Positions 49,911 through 62,115 of a stretch of DNA of 64,000 nucleotides are shown here, in pieces; the first letter of the stretch is position 1; every line of letters starts with the position of its first letter. The stretch is from Podarcis bocagei. Taxonomy: Eukaryota. The translations under genes were made by a program, and so were the position numbers. The DNA lies in NCBI GenBank assembly GCA_964188305.1, contig OZ076890.1; one strand, given 5' to 3'. Under the pieces are notes generated by a model. It made no database searches and had not been told where the DNA came from. It saw nothing but the letters and a program-made list of their open reading frames with translations.

Positions 49911-51404
49911 GCCATAGCACCATATATTTATTTGTATAGTTTTTAAGTTTCTAAACCATAGCTTGTTTCCATGAAAAAACCCCACAGGAATAGTGGCATC
50001 AAGAGGAAGTATGTGGTAGTGGCTACATCACAAAGATGTGTTTCATTATAAGCAGGAGTGAAAAAAGAACCAGGATATTTTCAGCATTAAAACCTACAAG
50101 ATTTTAGCAGGAACTTGTGGAGTGTATACCAACTGCAGCTGAAGAAGTATAACTGCCCTGCAACTTTTGAAAGCATAAATGGTATTGAAAATGCATGGCA
50201 TATAACTGTTCCAATAGCATCAAGATGAATCATGATGAATACACAATAAAATGACATGTGGAGGAGCCCTTAAACTATTCACAAGAAGCTCAAATTCTCT
50301 CCCTCCACCAATGATTTAGTACTGTTTTTGCTAAATCAGCCTGGGTGTTAGGATTATACTTTTTCATCCATTAATAATGCCCTGTTTGACCCCACCAAAA
50401 TATGCACACACACACAGAGAGAGAGAATTTTATCCTAACCCAAAAACAGATGGCCAGCTGGGGGTTCTTGTGCAGCTTCTGGGTCCTGAGACAACTGCAT
50501 CTGGTTCTTCTAACTCTCTAAAAACTAGTCCCCCTTACTCTCCTCTTGATAAAAAGCGTTTGTCATACACCCAGCCTCAGCTCTTCCATGTAAACGCTAC
50601 AGAAATAATAGCTTATGTATTCATAATGAAAGAAGACTATCTAATAAAAGGTAGCAAGATTTTTTTTGCTCCTGAGTTACTAAAAGCGATATTGTATTTT
50701 ATACATCTTTCATTATCTCTGTCCAATTTGTGCTCCTCTATAACTCTCAATTGAGATAGCAAAATATTTAAGGATGCTTTTACATCCCTTATACTCCAGT
50801 GACAACTTACTTGCAATTGAAGTCAAGTGTTTGCCCGTGTACAATGCTGAACAGAAAGCACTCAATATATTGTAGGCACCGCCAGCCATATAATGGCATA
50901 AAATGTTTAAAGCTACCTATCGTATTCTTCAGCTGTGCAGAACTATCATTTTGACCACTGTAGGTATTCAATTTTATTGTGGGGTACAATTTTCATTTAT
51001 CAACAAGTCTTTTCCAATGAAACCAGAACCTTTGCTTGCTTCCATGGAAAATGTCATCAATTTGCCTCTAGGAAAAAAAAAGAAAAGAAAAGAAAAAAGA
51101 AAAAGAAGAAGGGGGGAGCCATTACATCCATGCAGCTGTAAGAAATCACTCATCTGCCAAACAGAAACTACACATCCTAAGGCACTTAAAATGTTAACAA
51201 TCCCAAGCAACCAAGAAACTTTTAAAGTTTGTAAGAAATGGTTGAAAAAATGCAAGAGGACGTAGTCTGGCAGATGGGGGAGGGGAGATTTCTTTTTGCT
51301 ATATAAATAAATAGAGCACTATGGGATAGTTTTAGTTGTCACAGCAGTTTCCCATGGTTTGATATCTTCTTAGTAGACTGACAACTTGTATTTTCAGTCC
51401 AGTA

Positions 51405-51700
51405 GGGCCTTGACCCAGTATACCTGAAGGAGCGCCTCCATCCCTATCATTCAGCTGGACTGAGGTTCAGCGCCGAGGGCCTTCTGGCGGTTCCCTCAGT
51501 GCAAGAAGTGAGGTTACAGTGAACCAGGCACAGAGCCTTCTCGGTAGTCGTGCCCACCCTATGGAATGCCCTCCCACCAGATATCAAGGAAATAAACAAC
51601 TATCCGACTTTTAGAAGACATCTGAAGGCAGTCCTATTAGGGAAGTTTTTAATGTCTGATATTTTATCACTTTATTATTATTATCATTAATTCTGTTGGG
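51405..51700 (+). mobile_element. L2 3' fragment
   Basis: P.YLKERL, RAFSVVVPTLWNALP, FRRHLKA motifs. Confidence 0.85.
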
Positions 51701-53446
51701 GAAACCAACATTTACTCGTAGTGCAGAAACTGGGGGAAAGCATCTCTGTGTCTAAACCAGAGCTGGAATAGTCAAACTGGATTAATCACTAGCCTATGCA
51801 CACTGCAGATCTGAAACAGTCAACTGGCACCTACCAAGCTGTGTGTCAGGATCTCACCCTCATACAGTAATATAGGTGGCAGGCTCCTTGAACTGATCTA
51901 AAAATGGTCCTTTCTAGAAGGAGTCGTTCCCAGAGCAGTGACTCGTGCAGAGATGCAGCAGGCAGCCTCATCTGAAGGTGAGTGAGTCTGCTGTGCCCTG
52001 CTGTCAGGAGAGATTCCTTTCCCCAGAGGTGGCTAATTAGAAAGAAGCCAGGACAGAGCAGTGAATCACACAGGCATGCATGGGGCAGCGTCATCTGTAG
52101 ATCTGTACTTTGGGTTCACACGAGCCTTTAATTGTTCACCTTATTTCTAGCAGAGTACTCTAATACAATTAATAGCTTAGAGGGAGGTCTACAGGTTCCT
52201 CAGTGGACAAGTAGCAGGCACCTCCATTAGGTGACTTTATAGATTTTCATTGGGATGTGACTTGTTGAACTCAATGACCTTTGCCAAGGAAAGGAGTAAG
52301 ATTGCACTGCGAGGCTAGACTTCGTGGATTCATCAAGTCTATATGTCATAGTTTGCTTCACTTAATGAAGGCAACATCTCAAAATGTTAGACTCTATCTA
52401 CTTGGTAATTTTTATTTTATTTTATTTTTTTAAATAAACCCTACAACTACCAACAACAATTTCCTGGGATAAATGCAGGTAATATTGTTTCAAGCACATC
52501 GATGCTGATTTAATTTCTCACCAGAACTGCTTTCATTTAGTCTATATTTCATTTCTGAGGTGGGGCAAGAGGGACCAGAGTATTTTCTCCTGAGCAATGT
52601 TTTGATTGATTTGCTGTCTTTATTTTCTGGTAAATTTTTGACAGAGAAATATTAGTATGGAAAGGGAAGAGAATGCCTTCTCCTAACTACAGTGTTTATT
52701 ATCACATTTGAATCGGCCAATGTACCCTGTTCAAAACAAATGAGAAATGTAAATTGTTCTAATTACACAACGAGATGAAACTATTGTAGCGTTATTAACC
52801 TCTATGAAAGGAAGATCATGAACATCAATGAATCTACATCAGAATAATATGTATCTGTGGGAAAAAAGGAGCAATTAAGCAACTCAGATTATGATGGGAC
52901 ACAGATCTGTTTAATAAGAGGAGAAATCATCCCAAACCACAGATGTTGTCTGCACAAAGAAATTGATAAATACTTCACCACCATTCCTGTCTCAAGAGAG
53001 GAAAAGCACAGATATGTAGCAGTGACCCTTAATTCAATCGTTTTGCAATTGTTTGCAAGAGAGCCAGCATGGTGAAATGGAAACAGCTTTGGACTGTGGA
53101 GACCCATATTCATCCTTCCTCAGGGACATCACTTTTGCCTTGTTCACATACTTCCCTGGCCACTGGTCTGACTTCCACAGCAGAAAAGTAGCATGCTGGC
53201 CTTATGTCCCCCATGCACAAGGTACCATGCACAAGGGGGCTGTTCCACACTGTATTTCAATTATATTTCACTTTTTATAGGGAGAATGATAAACTTTATG
53301 AAACAGGCCACTACACATTTGGGCCTCTGTATAGAGCGTCTGCCACATGCCATGTGTAGGATGGAAAGAATACATTTGTGTTACGTACGTAAGGATAGGC
53401 TAGATGGCTATCTCTCAGGAATGCTGTAGTTGGAATATGTATCATG

Positions 53447-55340
53447 CTAGGTTTTTGATACCATTGACCATGCTATCCTTCTGGAGCTGCTTTGCGGTGG
53501 TTCCAGTCCTACTTGAATGGTCGTTCCAGAGGGTGTTACTTAGGGAATGCTTTTCAGCCCCATGGAATCTTCCGCGTGGGGTTCTGCAGGGTTAAATCCT
53601 ATTCCCCATGTTGTTGAACATCTACATGAAACTGCTGGGAGGGGTTAGCCAGAAGTTCGGAGTACGTTTTCAGCAGTATGCTGATGACGCTCAGCTCTAT
53701 TTCTCCTTTACATCTGCAGGAGAGGCAGTGGAAGTGCTGGACCAGTGTCTTGCCTCAGTAATGGACTGGATGAGAGCCAACAAACTGAAGTTGAATCCAG
53801 ATAAGACTGAGGCACTGTAGGGGGGCCGCTAGGGGTGCCTTGGAAGATGGCCGACAATACCATCTACCTAGCTCGCACAAGGTAATTAGAGGCTGATTAT
53901 GGGGAGTAAATCAGTCTCCCTTGTCTTCCCAGGGGGTGGGAAGATGCTGCCTCGCCCGCTGTTGCCCATAAATCACCCCCGAGTTCGAAAGAAGCAGGGG
54001 GTGAGGGCACTGGGCGGATAGTTCTCGGGCGGGCTTTGGAGCTCCCGGACACCGCTTTCAAGAGTGAAACTGGATGCGCTGCTTAAGAGGGGGGGGGGAT
54101 TCAAGAAGTAAACACACGTGCTTCGAGCGAGGTCAGGAGTGTATTATCTGCTAAATAAATCTACCACTGAGACGATGAATGATGAGACGGAAGGAACAGA
54201 GGATAGCATCAAAGAACCACGGACATGTTGGTATGTGGAATGGAAGGGAAAGGGGGGGGACTTTCTTCTTTTTCAATATGATTACCTAACAACCCTCCCC
54301 CTTAGAAGAACCGTCAAAACAACTAATTGCAAGTGAGACTTAAAAATGAACTGTGTGGAAAAAAGATACTAATAAAAGGTTTTACTCTGTGAAAGATCTG
54401 GAAAGAAGAGAGGCTTTCTTTATGGCGCAGTTACAAAAGTGATCCGCCATTAAGAGGCAGACCTCGTTGTAAGATTAGTAGTCTTAGGGAGGATGAGCCG
54501 CTGACACAATGGGTCTGAGAAAAATTAACGAGTGGACATTTAGACTGTATTTCATTGGAACTGAATAAGATGGCGACGGCTGCTCGAATGGGACTCTTGG
54601 ACTATTGGATCTATGTGAGATGAATTACGGGAAAGCATTACAAAGCTCACACAGAAATATAAACAAGACGGTTTCTTTCAACTCACTTGTGGAAACAACT
54701 CAGAGGTGACTGAGAAGAAAAAGTATAACGACAAGGAGATGAGAGGATGGGACTGTGAACATCAAAGCAGCAGAAATATAGATGATTGGACTCCTACAGA
54801 TCTCGAAGCATGGGTACCCCCCCCAAAAAATTTATAATTTGGTAAAATATTTGGATTTCATGATTTGTATTGGTATAATTTGGAATAATTAATATGTTAT
54901 GATTGGTTTGGTAAATGGAAATTTAATAAAAATTATTTTTTTTTAAAAAAAAGAGACTGAGGCACTGTTAGTGGGTGGTTCCCTAGACCTGCTTTTGATG
55001 GGGTCACACTTCCTTTGAAGGAGCAGGTTCATAGCTAGGGGGTACTCCTGGAGCCTTGCTGTGGCTTGAGGCTCAGGTGGCCTCAGTGGCTTCCATCAGC
55101 TTTGTCTGGTAGCCCAGCTACGCCCCTGTCTGGACAGGAATAGCCTAACTACTGTTGTCTATGCTCAGGTAACCACAAGGTTAGATTACCGCAATGCATT
55201 ATACGTAGGGCCGCCTGAAGACAGTTAGGGAACTTCAGCTGGTGCAGAATTCAGTGGCCAGGTTGCTCACCAGAGCAAGACGGTTTGAACATATTACACT
55301 GATCCTGGTCTGACTGTACTGGCTACTATAGGGATACCAG
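53447..55340 (+). mobile_element. L2 RT fragment, interrupted by a 1.1 kb insert
   Basis: FDTIDHAILL, QQYADDAQLY, WMRANKLKLNPDKTEAL, RLDY.NALYVG. Confidence 0.9.
53819..54953 (+). mobile_element. Apparently full-length non-coding L1-mobilised element with L1-type 5' end
   Basis: 15-bp TSD agactgaggcactgt (53804-53818 / 54954-54968); starts gggggccgc...gaagatggccga; ends aataaa plus T-run and A-run. Confidence 0.88.
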
Positions 55341-56360
55341 ACATCCCCAGTTCCTGGGGATGTTGATTTTGCTTTTATTATGTATTTTGTGGTTTTAGCA
55401 GAAGTTGGTTGAGAGAAGTGCTTGGCAGGTATGTGTGTGAAAGAGCAAGAACAGGATGGAGGGAGAGAGACTGCAGTTTGCAAGTTGATTTTAGACACAA
55501 TGAAAGTGAGAATAAGTTGACTGGAGGGAAAGCACAGTGGGTAGAGAGCAGTGGTGTGACTTACTAGGGAATATCCAATTTTCTGGGTTCTGATCCATCA
55601 GTGGCAGACTAGCATATAATTCTCTCAAAAGTCAACAGTTTTCCAGGAAGAAATGAGCAAAGAAAAGTATGCTAATTTGTAGAGGCAGGAATGCTCAATT
55701 TTTGATTGTCAATGAGGAAATGCTCAAAACCTTTCTATTTGTAGAATGGCAAGAGATGATTATTAGTATGGCTGTGTGGCCTGGTTGGCAAATTAGTGCC
55801 ACCAACTCTATTAAAAAGGGGGGAATGACAGCATGTCCGGATCCAGACATTTCCAATTTAATCAGCATTTTTGTCGAGGAACATTTTAAAAAATACTGAT
55901 TGACTGATTGATGCATAAATTCATTAGTGAAGTATCTGTTAAACTGAGTAAGTTTAATGAGGTGTGTTAATATGCAATGATTCTAAACTGCCACAGGGTG
56001 GTAGGAGATGCTCTTTCCAGAACTAATTTCTAATTTGCAGAACTAACTGTTTTGCTGCACTTCTGCCACAATCAACACCCTTTTTAGGATCCATGTTATT
56101 TTTAGCATTTGAGGACAAACAAAATAATTCATAAAAATGAGATTAAAACAGAGTTAGATAGTTGCTCCCTTTCCACCATGGGCTTAAGTGGTACAGCCAA
56201 TTAGAAGGGATGTTTGCTGATTCATAGTACTGCCAGGCTGAGAAGGGCTTCATTCATTCATTGAATTTATATACCTCCCTATACCAGATTTTATTCACAG
56301 AATAAAATCAAAATACAAAACCACAAAATATATAATCAAAATAAAAGCAACAACCGAATA

Positions 56361-56727
56361 AAAAAAGGTAAAGGACCCCTGGTAGATAAGTCAAGTTGCA
56401 GACAACTCTGGGGTTGCGGCTCTCATCTCACTTTACTGGGTGAGGGAGCCGGCGTTTGTCCGCAGACAGTTTTTCCATGTCATGTGGCCAACATGACTAA
56501 GCCGCTTCTGGTGAAACCAGAGCAGTGCACAGAAATGCCGTTAACCTTCCCACCAGAGCGGTACCTATTTATCTACTTGCACTTTGACGTGCTTTCGAAC
56601 TGCTAGGTTGGCAGGAGCTGGGACAGAGGAACTGGAGCTCACCCCGTTGCAGGGATTCGAACCGCAGACCTTCTGATCGGCAAGCCCAAGAAGCTCAGTG
56701 GTTTACACCACAGTGCCACCAGTGTCC
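56361..56727 (-). mobile_element. Sauria SINE
   Basis: aaaggtaaagg tail, cctatttatctacttgc core, ggattcgaacc B box; TSD aacaaccgaata / aacaacccaata. Confidence 0.93.
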
Positions 56728-57143
56728 TAACAACCCAATACCCTCCAACCCCCCCCCCCTTTTAAAAGGACATAGGATATCAATCAAATCAACCAAAGGC
56801 CTGGTTAAAAAGGAACATTTTTGTCTGGTGCCTAAAGGATCCATGAAGGGGGAAGAAAAGTCAAAGGGGGTTTTATTATTCTATTTGTTTTTGTTTATTC
56901 TATGTAAAATTGAAAAGACAAAAATAAATTAATAATGATGGTGATGGTGATGGTGATGATGATGATATATATGAAGAACTTCTTTCAGACCTGGCACATG
57001 AAGAAGTGCCTCAGAGTGTGATCTCAGAATATGGGTAGGCTTATATGGAGAGAAGCAGTCCTTAAGGTATGGTGGTCAAGCCGTTTAAGGCTTTATAGGT
57101 CAAAACCGCACTTTGAATTGAGCCTGGAAACTAATTAGTAGCC

Positions 57144-57181
57144 TATGGTTACCAGATTTTTTTCAATGAATCTGGGGATAC

Positions 57182-57216
<35 letters not shown>

Positions 57217-57918
57217 GCTGAGTAGCAACAGGGAGTCAGTAGTGGGGATGGTGAGGCCCAAGCACAAACGCATATTGTATAAAGATGCAAAGCCCTTTTT
57301 TCGCAGCCTGTGAAACATAAATGCGCAGAGTTTTAAAAAAACTGGGCAGCGGCTGCCCACCCATGACTCCCAAGCCTTTCCCGGTCAGTCAAAACAAAGG
57401 GGGCAGGGGGCAGGAGATGGGGGAGGCTCGGGAGTCATGGGCAAGTGGCGCGCCGTTGCCCAGTTTTTTAAAAACTCTGTGCATTTATGTTTCACAGGGT
57501 ACGAGAGAAGGGCTTTGCACCTTGCCCGGCAGAGAGACTGCGTGCCTTGCACCCCTCCTGGGCAATGGCACGCTGCCCGCCCATGACTCCCGAGCCTTCC
57601 CTGGTCTCCTGCCCCCTTCCCCCTTTGATCTGTACCGCCGGATGTCCCCAGTTCCCCTTCTGCAGTGACAGTGGCTGCTCGTTCCCATGGCACAGGAAAA
57701 ATGGCAGGTGCCACGGCAGCAAGCAGCAAGCAGCTCCTGAAGCCAGTCAGAGCCAACTGCGCTACCAGGCTGGCTTTGGGCTGCTGAGGCTGCTGCTGCA
57801 ACGTTTCCTGGGGACAGATTTGCAAATCTGGGGACATTCCCGGGAAAGAATTTGTCCTGGGACAGATTTGCAAATCTGGGGTCTGTCCCCGGGGGGCTGG
57901 GGATGTCTGGTAACCCTA
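57144..57918. mobile_element. hAT non-autonomous element (GGTTACCAGA-type) with internal inverted repeats and (ATG)n
   Basis: TIRs tatggttaccaga / tctggtaacccta; TSD tagtagcc / cagtagcc. Confidence 0.9.
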
Positions 57919-58345
57919 CAGTAGCCAGTGCAGTCAGACCAGGATCGGTGTAATATGTTCAAACCATCTTATTCCAGTGAGCAACCTGGCTGCTGAATTC
58001 CGCACCAGCTGAAGTTTCTGAACCATCTTCAGAGGCAGCCCTATATATAACGCATTGCAGTAATCTAACCTTGACATTACCAGAGCATAGACAACAGTAG
58101 TTAGGCTATTCCTGTCCAGATAGGGTCGTAGATGGGCCGCTATATGAAGCTGATGGAAGCCATTGAGGCCACCTGAGCCTCAAGCTACAGCAAGGATCCA
58201 GGAGTACCCCCCAAGCTATGAACCTGCTCCTTCAAAATAAGGGTGACCCCCTCAAGAGCAGGTGATCTCCCTGCCTCAGTGCTTCAGTCTTATTTGGATT
58301 GAGTTTCAGTTTGTTGGCTCTCATCCAGTCCATTAAGGTTATATA

Positions 58346-58544
58346 CAGTCATACCTCTTGTTACGTTTGCTTCAGGTTAAATATTTTCAGGTTGTGTCCC
58401 GCGGCGACTTGGAAGTAACGGAACGGGTTACTTCTGGGTTTTGCCGCTCACGCATGTGCAGACTCTCAGAATGCGGGTTGCGTTCTGCTCATGATGCGAA
58501 CGGGGCTCCGGAACAGATCCCGTTCTCATCCAGAGGTACCACTG
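58346..58544. mobile_element. Tc1/pogo-like MITE (family 2)
   Basis: TA-flanked cagtcatacctc / gaggtaccactg. Confidence 0.88.
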
Positions 58545-59009
58545 TAGTTCATGGGACATGTCTGCCTTGCTTAACACTCCTTCCGATACATCACAGAACT
58601 GGGATTGATAGAGATGTGCAGCTGGGCTTTTTATGGGCTGGTGTCACTTACTAAAGACCCTGCCCAGGGAAATCTGTCCTGTGACATCTTTGACTTGTTT
58701 CTGCTGACAGGTGAGGGCCCAACTTTTTCTTGCAAGCTTTTAAAGTGGTTGATTGCTGCAGTGGTCAGAACAGATAGAGTCATTTTTGTGTGTCTGTGTG
58801 CTAGGGTTGCCTTGCGACCTACTTTCTAGAGGATTGTTCTCTGCTTGAAGGGTTATTTAAGGACAGTCCTCAATTTGAAGGAGTTCTCTATTAGTAGGAC
58901 TGTCCGGTCAAAGTCCAGTTAAAAAACCATAAGAAGGGAGACACTGTTATGGTCATAGATAACATTGCCATGGATGGTCAGGCTCTAGAAAGAAAATACC
59001 AAGATCCAC

Positions 59010-59120
59010 AGCTGGGCAATATCTTTATTAGGACCAATCAAAATGTCACACTATAGTGGCAAGCTTTTGAGTTCTCCAGTATTCTTCATTAGTTCTCCAG
59101 TATTCTTCATTAGACAAGCC
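59010..59120 (-). mobile_element. Penelope-like element terminal fragment with degenerate hammerhead motif
   Basis: Minus strand ctaatga-agaatactggagaact-caaaa-gcttg...ttggtcctaataaagatatt. Confidence 0.6.
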
Positions 59121-59687
59121 GCAATATAATCTTCAAGGACTATAGGGCTATGGAATATTTGTGTTCAGGGAAATGCGGCTGAAATACTGACACCAAAGAA
59201 TAAAGGTGAAAGTACAAACTCATTTTTTTTGGAAGTTGAAGCACTTTTCTTCCTCTTTCCCTTATGGGAAAAACTGTGGGCAAACTTTTCACTGTGTCTC
59301 TCGGTTAATGTTTGGGCCACCTAAAATTGCTTTCAGGGCTGCCTCAGCTGCCCCTGCCCTGAAGTATCAAAACAAGGACCTGCATGTACAAATTAGCCAT
59401 AGCTGTGGGCAAACAAATCACGAAGACATGAAGAATTGCTCTTCATCCTGAAGCCTGTTTCCAGAAATGAGGGCGCCTTCCCTGGGAAGGATTCATTTTT
59501 CATTTTGCAGGTGAATGCTATCCGCTTAATGACTAGCAGTGTCTCTTTTTGTTTAGGTGATCCCATTACAATGAAAGCTGTTGTATTTCTCAAAAAACTG
59601 AACATGCTGCTGCTGTTGTTTTACTGTTTCTATTGCCTGTGTGCCATGTTCTTCATTCTTCTGTATGGTTTGTACCTGTGAAAAGAA

Positions 59688-59805
59688 CAGTGGCGTAGTG
59701 TGGGGGTGCATCAGGGGGTTAGGGTTAGGGGGCGCAAATCCACGGGTTAGGGGGGACAAATTACTTGCCTTGCCCCGGGTGCTGACAACCCACGCTACAC
59801 CACTG
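59688..59805. mobile_element. 118-bp hAT MITE, same family as 24206-24696
   Basis: TIRs cagtggcgtagtgtggg / cccacgctacaccactg; perfect TSD gaaaagaa; contains gggttagggttaggg. Confidence 0.93.
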
Positions 59806-61760
59806 GAAAAGAACGAAACTTAGACATGACCTTTTGGCTACTGTTTTGTAGAAGGCAGAGTGTTGTGGTGCAACTGGGAGGCTCAAGTTCAAATCCCAGT
59901 CAGCTAGGTTGTTCAGTGTCTTTTGACTGGTCACTGTCCCTTAGCGTACCTCCCCTCACTGGATTGTTGTAGGATATGACAGGTGGGATGCTATGTATGT
60001 CTCCCTGAGCTCCTTAGTTGGAAAGTTGGGCAAACTGTGTTTTGGGGAGAAAGTTGCCTTCTTGCTACCAAAATATTTCCCTCGCGTAGGGCCAGGCCTT
60101 GGCATCTGAATGCCAGAGATGTAAACAGCAACCACAATCCATTATATAATTGATAATTTTGCTATCTTTTGGGCAATTTTGCCCCAATTCTGCTCCCAGA
60201 GTAACTTTTCTTCAATGGTAGGACCAGCCTTTCTCATATTCCTGATCGAGTACAACAGAACCCCACCACCAACAAAATACTTTTCATCCAGATACACCCT
60301 TATATATCAAGTTATAATACCTTTTGATAAAATTGATTCTATTTGCTGCCTCTGAGATCTGCAAATAAGTGAATGAGTCAGCTCATTGCTCACTTTCATG
60401 TATAATTATCATAAATAAGCTATCTGTTATTTTCTCATTCCCATGATACACTTAGTAAAGAAACAACAACAACAAATTCTAATAATAGCTTTTTCACATA
60501 CTGTGTTTTTTACTTAAGTGAAATAAATTTGATCAGCAACTTGAATCCATACCAGAATTTCAAGTGGTTTGGAGAAAATAAATGAATAAATGGCTCATAG
60601 CGTAGGTCACCTCATTTCAGGGGCTCACGTTATGTCACTCTTTGCCTCATATCACTCTTGGGACACTGCCTCATTTGCCCCAGCCTCAATAACGGACCAT
60701 AACCTTTTTATTTTCTTGACAAAATTTGCTACATTTCAGACAAATAACTGCAGAGGGGAGGCAATATGTCTTAGGGGCCTTGATTTGGACATGGGCATTC
60801 AGCATCAATTTTCATTCAGTCTAAAGTAGTTATATTTTAAAACTACGAGCATCATAGCAATAGACATAAAGCACTGCATATCTAATATATGGTCAAAGTT
60901 GCAGAAACTCTGAGAACTACTGCTCCTGTCACTGTTGGTGCTGGACAATTGTCACAAAGAGCATAGAATAGCTTCAGTTTTGTTTTATGTGCCTCCTAAA
61001 TAAAGCCATTTCCAGGTTGAATGCTATAATCTGTGTTAGTTTTTGTCATTTATGCAGACTTTTCAGGAAGGCTGTAAAGTACATCAAACTGGCCAAATGC
61101 CCTTGCAAAGCTGGTCTGAAGCCTCAAAAACAGCTGACTTTGCTTCCGTCCTATTTGAATGAAGCTCACCTTCAATTCTGAATATCTTTGAAATGGGGAT
61201 ATTCATTTCTTCTGAGATGAATGCCCTGCCCTAGTTGCTATGTAGTAGTGATTTACTTGCATATAAGTAGCCCACTGACTTGGCTGCACAATTTTCTGGA
61301 TTTCTTTTTTTGGGAGTGGGGTGGGAAGGTTTCCAGAAAATCCAGAAAAGTTGTGATTATTGGTGTTGAGGATCTAAATTTATCCTTTCTACACACTTCC
61401 AAATCAGTTAAATGGTTAAAGTTCTATTCTATGGCTGCAAGCAATGTTGTGATGGGTATACAGCATTGCACATCCGATACGTGGCCTGCTTTGGAAGCAA
61501 GGTTTATGCACTTTAAAATATTACAAAGAAATGTGTGCACTTCAGACCATCAACTCAGGGTATGAAGAGCTGTTTTACACTGAATCAGACAGCTCAGTAT
61601 GCCTTCCATCAGCTAACAACTCTCCAAGGCAGACATCTTCAAAGGCATCTCTCCTTTTGTGATAAAAATCCAGGGATCCTTTTCTTTGGCATCCCTCACC
61701 CCACATTTTGCTGCCAGAAACCAGGTAAGGAAGCTTTTAGAGCTATTCTACAAATTACAT

Positions 61761-62115
61761 GGGAGCGGGTGGCACTGTGGGCTTGCTGATGAAAAGGTTG
61801 GTGGTTCAAATCCCAACAATGGGGTGAGCTCCCATTGCTCTGTCCCAGCTCTTGCCAACCTAGCAGTTTGAAAGCACACCAGTGCAAGTAGATAAATAGG
61901 TACTGCTTGGTGGGAAGTTAAACAGCGTTTCCGTGTGCTCTGACTTTTGTCACCGTGTCCCGTTGTGCCAGAAGCGGTTTAGTCATGCTGGACACATGAC
62001 CTGGAAATCTGTCTGTCGACAAACACCAGTTCCCTCGGCCTGAAAGCAAGATAAGCGCCACACCCCATAGTCACCTTTGACTGGACTTAAACGTCCAGGG
62101 TCCTTTGCCTTTTTT
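61761..62115 (+). mobile_element. Sauria SINE, older
   Basis: gcgggtggcactgtgg head, ggttcaaatccc, caagtagataaatagg core, cctttgccttt tail. Confidence 0.9.

Larger units (their letters stand above)
56250..58335 (-). mobile_element. L2 fragment carrying nested insertions
   Basis: (ATTC)n tail at 56250; 57920-58335 is the reverse complement of parts of the 53.4-55.3 kb L2. Confidence 0.85.

Noticed and set aside
59495-59560. Strong-looking splice acceptor ttttcattttgcag
   Set aside because: No convincing donor or recognisable peptide
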